The notes: generated by a model from the letters alone, not told the origin. DNA of 64,000 nt from Candidatus Wallbacteria bacterium (GCA_022703765.1 JAKJHQ010000001.1:81854-145853); one strand, 5' to 3'. Shown: positions 8,065 to 17,428, counted from the first letter of the stretch. A program made the numbers and translations.

Positions 8065-10068
8065 TTGATTATGTCAATAGTATCCACCATAGGCGAAAAA
8101 TGTAAAAAATGTTACGCGTGCATTAAAAGCTGCCCCGCTCACGCCATAAAAGTCAAAGACGGAAAGGCGAGCGTAATCAGCTTCAGATGCATTTCCTGCG
8201 GCCACTGCACCACCGTTTGTTCACAGAACGCCAAGGTAGTGCTTTCTTATTTCAACGAGTTAAAAAACGATATATCTTCAAAAGAGATCGACGCCATAGT
8301 GGCCCCTTCTTTCACCGTCAGTTTTCTCGACGTCGGCGAAAAATTCGTGAGCGTGCTTAAGGCGCTCGGCTTTAAAAACGTATATGAAGTAGGATTCGGC
8401 GCGGACCTTGTCACTCTTGCCTATAAAAAATATCTAAGCGCAAATAAAGATAAAACCGTAATAGCCACTCCATGCCCGGCCATAGTGAAATATGTCCAGA
8501 AATACGAACCTGAAATGATAAGCCTTCTGGCGCCGATAGTGAGCCCGATGGTCGCCTGCGCCCGCGTGGCCAAGCAGATCAACCCTTCGCGTAAAGTCGC
8601 TTTCATAGGCCCCTGCATCGCCAAGATCGACGAAAAAAGCAATTACAGCCGCGACCTCGATTATTCGATAACTTTCGAGGAGCTCAAACTCTGGATCGTT
8701 GAAAATAAAATAGATATAGAAAAGCTCAAAGATCTCGATTTCGACCCGCCGAAAGCCGGACTGGGAGCTATTTACCCGGTGACCGGCGGCCTGCTCAGAT
8801 GCGCCGATAAAACCGAAGACGTAATAGATAATGAAACGATAGTAACTGAAGGCAAAAACCGCGTGCTGATGGTGCTCGATTCCATAAAAAAAGGCGCGCT
8901 CAAAGGTAAGTTTATCGATATGCTCTTCTGCCTGGGGTGTATCGAAGGACCCAAAATATGTTCGGAACTCAATTATTTCGAGAAAAAATCGAAAATGTCG
9001 GAATACGTTAAAAAACGCGCGTCACAATCGTCTAAAGAAGAATGGGAACAGAACATAGAAAAATATAAAAATATAGACCTCAGCGTCAGGTTCGATTCCG
9101 AGGAAGTTTCCGACATCAAAGAAGCCGACGCGGCCGAAATAAAAAAAATACTCATTCAAATGGGAAAAACGCAGCCCAAAGACGAATTGAACTGCGGCGC
9201 CTGCGGCTATCCGTCATGCCGCGCCAAAGCGCGCGCCATAATAGCGGGGCTCGCCGAAAAAGAAATGTGCCTGCCCTACGTGATCGAAAAACTCGAAGAA
9301 AATATAAACCTGCTCGAGCAGTCCAATTCCATGCTCAAATCTACTCAAAACGAGCTCATCCAGAAAGAAAAGCTCGTTTCGCTGGGTCAGATGGCGGCGG
9401 GCGTGGCGCACGAAATAAACAATCCTCTGGGCACCGTTTTATTATATGCGCATATGTTGAACGAACAAATCGAAAACGAAGACATGAAATCCGACGTCAA
9501 AACTATCATAACCGAAATTAACCGCACCAAAGAGATAATTACCGGAATGCTCAATTTTTCCAGAGAAAACAAGCTTACCATATCTGAATTCGATTTTTCA
9601 AAATTCATAAAGGAAATTTGCGAAAAAGTCCAGTACGATTTTTCAGCGGTCGGAATCAACATAGTAATTAAAGTCAACTGTCCCGACAACGTTTCCATAG
9701 ACGCCGACCAGACGGCGCTCGCGCAGGTTTTTTCCAACCTTCTGTCCAACGCGAAAGACGCTATAATGGAAGCAAAGCGCGATATCGGCAAGATCAAAGT
9801 TGAAGTGATAAAATACGATGAAGAGCTTTCAATTTTATTTACCGACAATGGAACCGGCATACCCAAGGATAAAATTGCCAAACTTTTCACGCCGTTTTTT
9901 ACGACCAAGGGCTACGGCAAAGGTACGGGACTGGGACTGCCGGTCGTTTACGGCATTATAAAAATGCACCGCGGCAAGATAATGGTCGACAGCATAGAAG
10001 GCGAATCCACTACATTCAAGATAAACCTTCCGCTCAAGTCGAACGTCAGCGCGGGGCTACTCGGTTAG
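8065..10068 (+). CDS. Sensory [FeFe]-hydrogenase-like (HydS-type H-cluster domain) fused to a histidine kinase
   Basis: The N-terminus has two [4Fe-4S] ferredoxin motifs (CKKCYACIKSCP; CISCGHCTTVC). The H-domain has a degenerate L1 TPCPA in which the proton-relay Cys is replaced by Pro, L2 GPCIAKIDE, and L3 DMLFCLGCIEGP. The HydS-specific Cx2Cx4Cx16C motif is present (CGACGYPSC...EMC, 9193-9270). A HisKA H-box (AAGVAHEINNPLG) and HATPase_c N, G1 and G2 boxes follow (NLLSNAKDA, DNGTGIP, GTGLGLPVVYG). Confidence 0.8.
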   Translation: MIMSIVSTIGEKCKKCYACIKSCPAHAIKVKDGKASVISFRCISCGHCTTVCSQNAKVVLSYFNELKNDISSKEIDAIVAPSFTVSFLDVGEKFVSVLKALGFKNVYEVGFGADLVTLAYKKYLSANKDKTVIATPCPAIVKYVQKYEPEMISLLAPIVSPMVACARVAKQINPSRKVAFIGPCIAKIDEKSNYSRDLDYSITFEELKLWIVENKIDIEKLKDLDFDPPKAGLGAIYPVTGGLLRCADKTEDVIDNETIVTEGKNRVLMVLDSIKKGALKGKFIDMLFCLGCIEGPKICSELNYFEKKSKMSEYVKKRASQSSKEEWEQNIEKYKNIDLSVRFDSEEVSDIKEADAAEIKKILIQMGKTQPKDELNCGACGYPSCRAKARAIIAGLAEKEMCLPYVIEKLEENINLLEQSNSMLKSTQNELIQKEKLVSLGQMAAGVAHEINNPLGTVLLYAHMLNEQIENEDMKSDVKTIITEINRTKEIITGMLNFSRENKLTISEFDFSKFIKEICEKVQYDFSAVGINIVIKVNCPDNVSIDADQTALAQVFSNLLSNAKDAIMEAKRDIGKIKVEVIKYDEELSILFTDNGTGIPKDKIAKLFTPFFTTKGYGKGTGLGLPVVYGIIKMHRGKIMVDSIEGESTTFKINLPLKSNVSAGLLG

Positions 10069-10095
10069 CGCCAATAAAGAATAAGGAGAAACCCG

Positions 10096-11592
10096 ATGGA
10101 AAAATTACTAGGAAAGGTACTTGTAATAGACGATGAAGACCAGTTCAGAATAGCCCTTACGAAGGTCATAAGCAAGCACGGCTATGAAGCCACGCCTTTT
10201 CCTTCGGCTTTCGCCGCGCTCGACTATTTGAAAGACCATCACGAAGAAATAGACATAACCGTCGTCGATATGAAAATGGACGGCATGGACGGCATCGAGT
10301 TCATCACCAGAATAAATGAATTATATCCGACTATCGTTCCCATAATGGTCACGGCATATTCTTCGATAGATACGGCCGTAAATTCTATCAAGCACGGCGC
10401 TTTCGACTTTATATCCAAGCCTTTCAGCCCGGAACAGATTTTATACGCTCTTCAAAAATCCATGACGCGTAGAAGCCTGCTTGTCCAGAATAAAAAATTA
10501 AAGGCCGAAGCGGAACGCTCCCTTAAAATACTGGGCCAGGAAAAGTCGAAAATACACACGGTAGTCCAGTGCATGGCCAACCCTCTCATAGTCCTTAACA
10601 GCAGCCTGGAAATAGTGCTTTATAATCCTTACTTTGAAAATATCGACATAAATCACCGCATAAAACTTTTCACCAAAATCACCGATTACGATTCGGAATT
10701 CATCAATCAGATAAAAACGCTGGTCAATTCGATGATCGAAAATAAAACGCTCACGATGATCCAGAAAGAATTTCAGATAGAAGAAAAGTTTTTTCAGGCC
10801 ACCTGCGCCGCAGTCATTACCGACCACGAAATCGAAGGCTACTGCGTAGTTTTAAACGATATAACGAAACTCAAAGAAGTCGAAAATTTAAAAAACCAGT
10901 TCGTGTCCATGGTCGCCCACGAAATAAAAGCGCCGATTTCGGCGTCGCTGGGCTATATTTATCTTATACTTGACGGCTATATAACCGACAGGGATAAAAT
11001 ACTCGAAAAACTCGGCCGGTGCAAAGAAAGGTCAGAAACGCTGCTTGAAATGGTCAATGATCTGCTGCAGATATCGCGCCACCAGACGAACCGGCTGAAC
11101 CTCGAAATAAAGCCGGTCAATATCCGCGAAAAAATAGAAAACGCGCTGGAATTCTATGCGCAGGAAATGAAAAAGAAAAATCTCGAACTGGCGAAGGAAT
11201 TTTCCGGGGCGAATTGCGAAATACTCGCCGACGATAAATCGCTCGATATGATACTGAACAATCTCATATCAAACGCCATAAAATATACTCCCGAAGGGGG
11301 CAAGGTGAGCGTAAGCTACACCAACGACGGCGATTACGGCGCGATAGCGGTTAAAGACTCGGGATACGGAATCAGAAAAGAAGACATGCCAAGGCTTTTC
11401 ACTGAATTTTTCAGGTGCAAAACGAAGGAAACTTCAAAAATATCGGGAACGGGCCTGGGGCTATCGGTGGTTAAAAAATTCGTGACCGCGCAGAAAGGAA
11501 CTGTAACGGTAGACAGCGAGTATCAAAAAGGAAGCGTTTTCACGGTAAGGCTGCCGCTTAGCAGAGAACAGAGAACAGAGAACAGAGAATAG
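10096..11592 (+). CDS. Hybrid sensor: N-terminal receiver domain, PAS-like region, then histidine kinase
   Basis: Receiver motifs VLVIDDED, ITVVDMKMDG, IMVTAYSS and ISKPF. The middle region is PAS-like. HisKA is SMVAHEIKAPIS and HATPase_c is NLISNAIKYT...GTGLGLSVVKKF. The 3' end carries four AGAGAAC heptamer repeats encoding REQRTENRE. Confidence 0.8.
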   Translation: MEKLLGKVLVIDDEDQFRIALTKVISKHGYEATPFPSAFAALDYLKDHHEEIDITVVDMKMDGMDGIEFITRINELYPTIVPIMVTAYSSIDTAVNSIKHGAFDFISKPFSPEQILYALQKSMTRRSLLVQNKKLKAEAERSLKILGQEKSKIHTVVQCMANPLIVLNSSLEIVLYNPYFENIDINHRIKLFTKITDYDSEFINQIKTLVNSMIENKTLTMIQKEFQIEEKFFQATCAAVITDHEIEGYCVVLNDITKLKEVENLKNQFVSMVAHEIKAPISASLGYIYLILDGYITDRDKILEKLGRCKERSETLLEMVNDLLQISRHQTNRLNLEIKPVNIREKIENALEFYAQEMKKKNLELAKEFSGANCEILADDKSLDMILNNLISNAIKYTPEGGKVSVSYTNDGDYGAIAVKDSGYGIRKEDMPRLFTEFFRCKTKETSKISGTGLGLSVVKKFVTAQKGTVTVDSEYQKGSVFTVRLPLSREQRTENRE

Positions 11593-11697
11593 AGAATTAA
11601 AACAAGCATATAAAAAAAAGCTTTATTTTAAATCACGATTAACTAATTATATAATATTTAAAAAGAAAAGCTGGAAAGAAAAAGCTGGTGAATCAAT

Positions 11698-13074
11698 ATG
11701 GTAATCGACGAAAATAATATTCAAAGACTGATCGAAGAAAATAAAAACGTTAAAAAAGAAGAAATTCTAAGGATAATCCGTAAGAGCCTCGAATTCAGGC
11801 CACTCGAAATAGCCGAGGCCGCGGCGCTTTTAAATTGCGAAGACGAAAGCCTCATATCCGAAATTAAAACGGCGGCTAAAATCGTTAAAGAAAAAATCTA
11901 CGGCAGGCGCATGGTTTTATTCGCCCCTCTTTACCTTTCGAATTACTGCATAAACAACTGCGCATACTGCGGATTCAAGCAGTCCAACAAGGACATAGCT
12001 CGCAAGACCCTTTCGTTCGAGGAAATAGCCGAAGAAACTTTAAAGATATTAAAAAGCGGACACAAAAGAATATTGCTGGTGGCCGGCGAAGACCTTAAAA
12101 AATGCAGCGTCGATTATATCGTAAAGGCCATCGAAACAGTTTATAAAGTCGATTACAAAGGAAATAAAATCAGGCGCGTCAACGTGAACCTGGCTCCTCT
12201 CGAACACGACGACCTGGTCAAAATTAAAAACGCCGGAATCGGCACCTATCAATTATTCCACGAAGTGTTTCACCGCGAAACATATAAAAAGCTCCATCCG
12301 TCAGGGCCTAAAAAAGATTACGACAAGCGCATATCCATATTCGACAAATGCTACCAGGCGGGGATCGACGACGTCGGAATCGGCGTGCTGTACGGCCTTT
12401 ACGATTATAAGTTCGAAACCCTGGCGCTTTTGACTCAGGCAAAATATCTGGATGACAAATATAAAATCGGGCCGCACACGATTTCAATACCGCGCCTGGA
12501 ACCCGCCGCCGGATGCGATTTCAATCAAAACACCGGATACGGAGTGGCCGACGAAGATTTCAAAAAAGTGGTGGCCGTGCTCAGGCTCGCCGTACCTTAT
12601 ACCGGAATAATTTTATCCACGCGCGAAAAACCCGCTCTCAGAGACGAGCTTATAGAACTCGGCGTATCGCAGCTTTCTGCCGGGTCAAAGACCGAACCGG
12701 GCGGCTACAGCAAACCCCAGCAAGCCACGGGGCAGTTCGTAGTTTCCGATGAACGCTCGCTAGACGAAATAATATCGGCCCTGGCTAATAAAGGCTTCCT
12801 GCCGTCATTTTGCACTTCGTGCTACCGCAGCCTCAGGACGGGCGAATCTTTCATGGCGCTTTCTAAAACAGGCCACATACATGAATTTTGCGATATAAAC
12901 GGGCTTCTGACTTTTTACGAATACCTCATAGACTTCGCTTCGCCGGAAACTAAAGAGGCCGGAATGCTGCTTATCGAAAAGCTCAAACCGGAACTGCTGT
13001 CGGCGGAGCAAATCCAAAAATTCGACGCCTTCGTCAAAAAGTTCAAGGCCGGCGACCGCGATCTTTATGTTTAA
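11698..13074 (+). CDS. hydG: [FeFe]-hydrogenase maturase HydG (radical SAM tyrosine lyase)
   Basis: Radical-SAM CX3CX2C motif (CINNCAYC) plus the HydG-specific C-terminal CX2CX22C (CTSCYRS...HEFC). About 458 aa. The overall ThiH/HydG-like layout, with C-terminal cysteines, distinguishes it from ThiH. Confidence 0.8.
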   Translation: MVIDENNIQRLIEENKNVKKEEILRIIRKSLEFRPLEIAEAAALLNCEDESLISEIKTAAKIVKEKIYGRRMVLFAPLYLSNYCINNCAYCGFKQSNKDIARKTLSFEEIAEETLKILKSGHKRILLVAGEDLKKCSVDYIVKAIETVYKVDYKGNKIRRVNVNLAPLEHDDLVKIKNAGIGTYQLFHEVFHRETYKKLHPSGPKKDYDKRISIFDKCYQAGIDDVGIGVLYGLYDYKFETLALLTQAKYLDDKYKIGPHTISIPRLEPAAGCDFNQNTGYGVADEDFKKVVAVLRLAVPYTGIILSTREKPALRDELIELGVSQLSAGSKTEPGGYSKPQQATGQFVVSDERSLDEIISALANKGFLPSFCTSCYRSLRTGESFMALSKTGHIHEFCDINGLLTFYEYLIDFASPETKEAGMLLIEKLKPELLSAEQIQKFDAFVKKFKAGDRDLYV

Positions 13075-14236
13075 GGCGCTGGCTGATTTTTATAAAGAGC
13101 TCAAAGACTGTTTCCGGCTTTTTTCGGCGTCATCCGCAAAATGCCGGAAAATAGTGTTTTATTCAGAAAGCGATATATACTACCAGTATTACGAGGGAAT
13201 AATAGAAGAGCTGCTTAAAAAGCCCGATATAGAAATCGCTTATGTCACATCGGATATAAACGATTCGATATTTTCCGGCAAAAACCCTCGCATAAAGCCT
13301 TTTTACATTAACAACCTGCTTTCTATAGCAATGATCTATTTTGATTCGAAGGCGTTTATTATGACGATGCCGGACCTGGACAATTTTCATATAAAGCGCT
13401 CGATAAACGGCGTGCACTATATTTACGCTTTTCACGCCATAGGAAGTACTCACCTTCAGTACAGGCGCGAAGCTTTCGATAATTACGACGCGGTTTTATG
13501 CGTCGGGCCGCATCAGGTAAAAGAAATCAAAAAGGCCGAAGAGGTTTACGGCCTTAAGCCCAAAACGCTTATCGAATGCGGATACCACCGCATCGAAAAA
13601 ATCTGGCTCGACCACCGCGGATACGCGGAAAACGAAACCTTTTCCGGCGGCGGGCGAACGACCGTTATGATAGCTCCCACATGGTCGCCCGATAACATTT
13701 TAGACTCGTGCATATATAAAATAATAGATGCGTTAAAAACCGAACCTTCCCTTAACGTGGTAATAAGGCCGCACCCGGAATATATAAAACGCTTCGGAGA
13801 AAAAGTCGCCGCTATACGCAAATACATATCGGACGCAAACAATTTTTCGCTCGAACTCGATATGCTTAAAGACGAAAACCTTCACAAAGCCGATGTTTTA
13901 ATAACCGACTGGTCCGGCATTTACCTCGAATACGCCCTGGGCACCTGCCGGCCGGTGCTGTTCATAAACACGCCCTGCCGCATAGACAACAAAGAATATC
14001 GAAAGCTCGAAATAGAACCGATGGAACTTGCGCTGCGGCCTCTTTGCGGAAGCGTTCTGGAGCCCGAAAATATATCCGCGGTAAAATCCGCGATAGGTGA
14101 ATTAATCGAGAACCGCAGGAAATACGGCGAAAATTTAAATAAAATACGCGGCGAATATCTTTTTAATTTTCTAAATTCGTCTGCGGCCGCGGCCGATTAC
14201 ATACTGAAAATAGCGGACGGGCAGGCCGCTGAATAA
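13067..14236 (+). CDS. TagB/TagF-like CDP-glycerol glycerophosphotransferase family protein (tentative)
   Basis: The C-terminal motif LITDWSGIYLEYA resembles the family signature ITDYSSV(x)FDF, and the 389-aa length fits. Its ATG overlaps the hydG stop as ATGTTTAA. Confidence 0.4.
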   Translation: MFKALADFYKELKDCFRLFSASSAKCRKIVFYSESDIYYQYYEGIIEELLKKPDIEIAYVTSDINDSIFSGKNPRIKPFYINNLLSIAMIYFDSKAFIMTMPDLDNFHIKRSINGVHYIYAFHAIGSTHLQYRREAFDNYDAVLCVGPHQVKEIKKAEEVYGLKPKTLIECGYHRIEKIWLDHRGYAENETFSGGGRTTVMIAPTWSPDNILDSCIYKIIDALKTEPSLNVVIRPHPEYIKRFGEKVAAIRKYISDANNFSLELDMLKDENLHKADVLITDWSGIYLEYALGTCRPVLFINTPCRIDNKEYRKLEIEPMELALRPLCGSVLEPENISAVKSAIGELIENRRKYGENLNKIRGEYLFNFLNSSAAAADYILKIADGQAAE

Positions 14237-14480
14237 TAAAATGATGGCTCTTATTCATTTCATGCGGGTAAGTTTATCAGTGAATAGTTAAGGCTGGGGC
14301 TCGCCCTGCGAGCTCTATATATAAAAGAATAAAAAGCCTTATCGAAATATCAAAAAGTCCTTTAGTTCTCCACTCTCCATTCTGAACTCTTAACTTAAAT
14401 TAATTTAACTTAATATTTTACCCATACGATATGAAAAAGAACCAAAACGATATCCGTAAAAGTTTAAAATCTTTGAAATT

Positions 14481-16061
14481 ATGAAATATATATTAACGCC
14501 CTTATTAATTACGCTATATCCGTTTCTGCTCACGCTGGCTAATAACCGGGCCGACGTGAATATTTCTCAAACCCTGCTCCCTCTGACGGTTGTAGCCGCG
14601 GCGGTGCTAGCGTTAGCCCTCGCCTGCCGGCGGATTTATAATTGCGCCGCTAAAACGTCTGCCGTAACCACGATTTTCGTTTTTTTATTCTTCTCTTACG
14701 GCCATATCGAAGACGCCATGTTTTATAGTTTCGGCAACGCTAACGACAATATACTGGTTTTCGCCATGGCCATAATATCGCTGGCGGCCGCGATGAAAAT
14801 AAAGCAAATATCAAAAGCGGCCGCGGATGACATAAACACCGTATTTATAGCGTTCGCGGTCACTATCGTGCTTTTTCCTCTTTTCACCATCTCCGGACGC
14901 GCGTGGTCCGATTATACGCATAAAGAAGATTTGACAGGCATATTCGAAGAAACGCCGTTCGACGCGGCGAAGCTTGATAAAGCTTCGCTGCCGGATATTT
15001 TTCACATATACCTCGACGAGTACGGCCGCTCGGACGTACTAAAAGAAATATATAAAATCGACAATTCCGAATTCATTAATTATTTAAGGGGGAAAGGATT
15101 TTTCGTGGCGGATAAGAGCCGCTGCAATTATTGCTACACGGACCTTTCGCTGCTTTCAACTTTTAACATGGGATATCTGGACAAAATGACATCCAGACTC
15201 GGCCTCGCGGGCGAAAAAGACCGGAGCATGGCCGCTAAAAAGCTTCTCTGGAATAACGAAGTATTCAAAACAGCTAAAAAGGCCGGTTATAAGATAATCA
15301 CTTTTAACACCGGCGAGCTTTACACTTCCATAACCTCTTCCGACGTTTATTATTCTCCTTTTACCGGCTCATATCACAACGCTTTTTACATAAATATGCT
15401 CCTCAACCTCACGCCGCTGCCCGTGATCTTAAAATTCGCGGGAGCCGATCCGTACCTTCTCTACGACGCGGCCGCGAACCATCGCCGCACGGTCATGCAC
15501 CCGTTCGAAAAAATAGACGAAATACTGGCGGCAAAGGACGGCCCTATATTCGTCTGCCTCTGGGTGGACAGCCCTCATCCGCCTTTCGTCTTCGACGAGG
15601 CGGGAAGGCATGTAACGGCTTTGAAAAGAGGAGCGGCCGCGATAGACCGCTGGGCAATCGAAAGCGAAGAAGACAGGTCGGATTATATCGTCAACTACAG
15701 AAAACAGCTGATTTTTATTACGCTAAAAACGGTAGAATTGATAGATAAAATTCTTAAAAAGCCTGAACGGCGGCCTGTAATCATTCTTCAAAGCGACCAC
15801 GGCCCGGCTTCGCGCTTCGAATTCGAAGTTATACCATCCGACGCGCTAACGTTCAAAGAAAGGTTCGGCATTCTCAACGCGGTTTATCTGGGCGGCAAAG
15901 ACGCCAAAACCGCAGGTTTATACGAAAGCATAACGCCGGTTAATATTTTCAGAATTATTTTCAGCTTATATTTAGGAGCGGATTTAAAGCTCCTTAAAGA
16001 CGAGTGTTTTCATTCTACCTGGCTCAAGCCTTACGATTTCACTAACGTAAGCGGCAGATAA
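14481..16061 (+). CDS. Membrane-anchored sulfatase/LtaS-like (alkaline phosphatase superfamily) phosphotransferase
   Basis: Several N-terminal TM helices followed by an extracytoplasmic domain with ILQSDHGP (an SDHG-type metal/active-site motif). 526 aa. Confidence 0.5.
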   Translation: MKYILTPLLITLYPFLLTLANNRADVNISQTLLPLTVVAAAVLALALACRRIYNCAAKTSAVTTIFVFLFFSYGHIEDAMFYSFGNANDNILVFAMAIISLAAAMKIKQISKAAADDINTVFIAFAVTIVLFPLFTISGRAWSDYTHKEDLTGIFEETPFDAAKLDKASLPDIFHIYLDEYGRSDVLKEIYKIDNSEFINYLRGKGFFVADKSRCNYCYTDLSLLSTFNMGYLDKMTSRLGLAGEKDRSMAAKKLLWNNEVFKTAKKAGYKIITFNTGELYTSITSSDVYYSPFTGSYHNAFYINMLLNLTPLPVILKFAGADPYLLYDAAANHRRTVMHPFEKIDEILAAKDGPIFVCLWVDSPHPPFVFDEAGRHVTALKRGAAAIDRWAIESEEDRSDYIVNYRKQLIFITLKTVELIDKILKKPERRPVIILQSDHGPASRFEFEVIPSDALTFKERFGILNAVYLGGKDAKTAGLYESITPVNIFRIIFSLYLGADLKLLKDECFHSTWLKPYDFTNVSGR

Positions 16062-16149
16062 ATGCGATTTTTTTTATTATTTTTATCGCGTCCGCACTTC
16101 ATAATTTTCCGCCGCGGACGCGAAGCTATATAAAACAGCCCTGGCGGGT

Positions 16150-16587
16150 TTATTTTTTCTTGTCTTTATTTTTATCTTTTTTGTCTTTCTTGCCCTTTTT
16201 ATCGCCTGCGTCTTTTTTATCCTCGGATTGCGCGTTAAACGCTTTAGGAACATAGCTTATAAGTTCGTCCAGCGCTTCGTTAAGAGAAGCTTTCTGCGCT
16301 TCGATCGGCTTGATTTCTTCTTCAATCTTCTGGATTTCCAGCCTTTTCTTATTTATAGCGTTATCGGATTTTTCAATTAATTTTTTCAATTTATCGAGCA
16401 TTTTTTCTTTTTCTTCGTCGGTAAGGGTTTCGTCCTTTATTTTCTGGAGGACTTCCTCGGCGACCGCTTCGGCTTTATCGCTGTTGGCGAATGATTTAGT
16501 TTTAGTTTCACCGGCGGCGGCAGGCGAAGCGTTTGAAAGAAGCGACAGAACAAAGATAACCACGATAAGCTTTAAAAAATTTTTCAT
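16150..16587 (-). CDS. Secreted coiled-coil protein with a Lys/Asp-rich C-terminal tail
   Basis: Signal peptide MKNFLKLIVVIFVLSLLSNASPAAA, a heptad-like charged helical region, and a KKDKKDKNKDKKK tail. Confidence 0.45.
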   Translation of the reverse strand: MKNFLKLIVVIFVLSLLSNASPAAAGETKTKSFANSDKAEAVAEEVLQKIKDETLTDEEKEKMLDKLKKLIEKSDNAINKKRLEIQKIEEEIKPIEAQKASLNEALDELISYVPKAFNAQSEDKKDAGDKKGKKDKKDKNKDKKK

Positions 16588-16621
16588 AAAAACATTCTCC
16601 TATAGAGTAATTCACAATTGC

Positions 16622-16659
16622 TAAAAAAAAAGACAGGTCTTAGACCCGTCTTTTTTTTT
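16622..16659. terminator. Bidirectional rho-independent terminator
   Basis: A9-AGACAGGTC-tta-GACCCGTCT-T9: a 9-bp stem with one G·U pair, flanked by an A-run and a T-run. It lies between the two coiled-coil genes. Confidence 0.65.
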
Positions 16660-16671
16660 ATTCAGATTTTA

Positions 16672-17187
16672 CTACTTTTTGTCTGCGGCCGGTGTAGCAG
16701 GAGTTGCGGGAGTTGCGGGAGTTGCGGGAGCCGCGTCTTTAGCCGGAGGCGTATAGCTGGAAAGTTTGTTGTACACTTCGCTGGCTTTATTTCTTGTTTC
16801 TTCGGCTATTTTAACATGGCCTTCGAGCATTTTTATGGTTTCTTTCATTTCGTTAAGGAGCATTTCGGAATTTTCAAGCCTTTTTTTCATGTTTTCGAGC
16901 ATTTTAGCTTTAGCTTTTTCGTTGATCTTGTTTTCGGCGATAGCGGCTTCAATTTTCGTTATAACTTCGGTAATGGCGGCTATTCTTTTTTTGAACTGCT
17001 CGTCTTTTTTAGCCTGCATCTGATCCATTTTAGCTTTTCTTTCTTCGACGGATTTCTTTTCGCCGCCGGCAGCCGGAGCCGCAGCGTCCTGAGCGAGAGC
17101 CACTCCCGAAACGAAAGATAATAAAAGTGCCGCAACGATTAACAGTTTGAATAACTTCATTAAAAAACCACTCCTTTTAATTTTCAT
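16672..17187 (-). CDS. Secreted coiled-coil protein (paralog of 16150-16587) with a (PAT)n tail
   Basis: Signal peptide (LLIVAALLLSFVSGVALA), a charged coiled-coil region, and a C-terminal PATPATPATPATPAADKK encoded by tandem 9-nt repeats. Confidence 0.45.
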   Translation of the reverse strand: MKIKRSGFLMKLFKLLIVAALLLSFVSGVALAQDAAAPAAGGEKKSVEERKAKMDQMQAKKDEQFKKRIAAITEVITKIEAAIAENKINEKAKAKMLENMKKRLENSEMLLNEMKETIKMLEGHVKIAEETRNKASEVYNKLSSYTPPAKDAAPATPATPATPATPAADKK

Positions 17188-17428
17188 CGGAAGGCATTTT
17201 TAAAACAGCCGCCCGATGTTTTTAGATGATTTAATTTTAGCATATTTTTACTTTAAATTCAAGACGCCCCTGTTTCTTTTTTACCGAAGAAAATTCCGCT
17301 TATTTCATTTTCGCCTACGAATTTATCCATAAGCTCTTTAAATTTAATTAAAGCTTCTTCCCTGCAGGCATTTTCAAAGTAAACGGTAGGCTCGATTTTA
17401 TCTTTATATACTATTTTGCAATAATATT

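Noticed and set aside
11560-11595. AGAGAAC x4 tandem heptamer at the 3' end of the hybrid kinase
   Set aside because: It encodes the REQRTENRE tail. It is too short and too singular to be a regulatory repeat, and is probably just slippage-prone coding sequence.
16090-16126. Hairpin CGCGTCCGC...GCGGACGCG after the sulfatase-like gene as a terminator
   Set aside because: The T-run precedes rather than follows the stem on the plus strand. On the minus strand it is followed by a purine-rich stretch, so it does not fit an intrinsic terminator in either orientation.
16618-17121. 167-aa plus-strand ORF (CGSCGSCGS...)
   Set aside because: It is antisense to the coiled-coil gene with the PAT repeats. 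Its low-complexity composition mirrors the repeat, so it is spurious.
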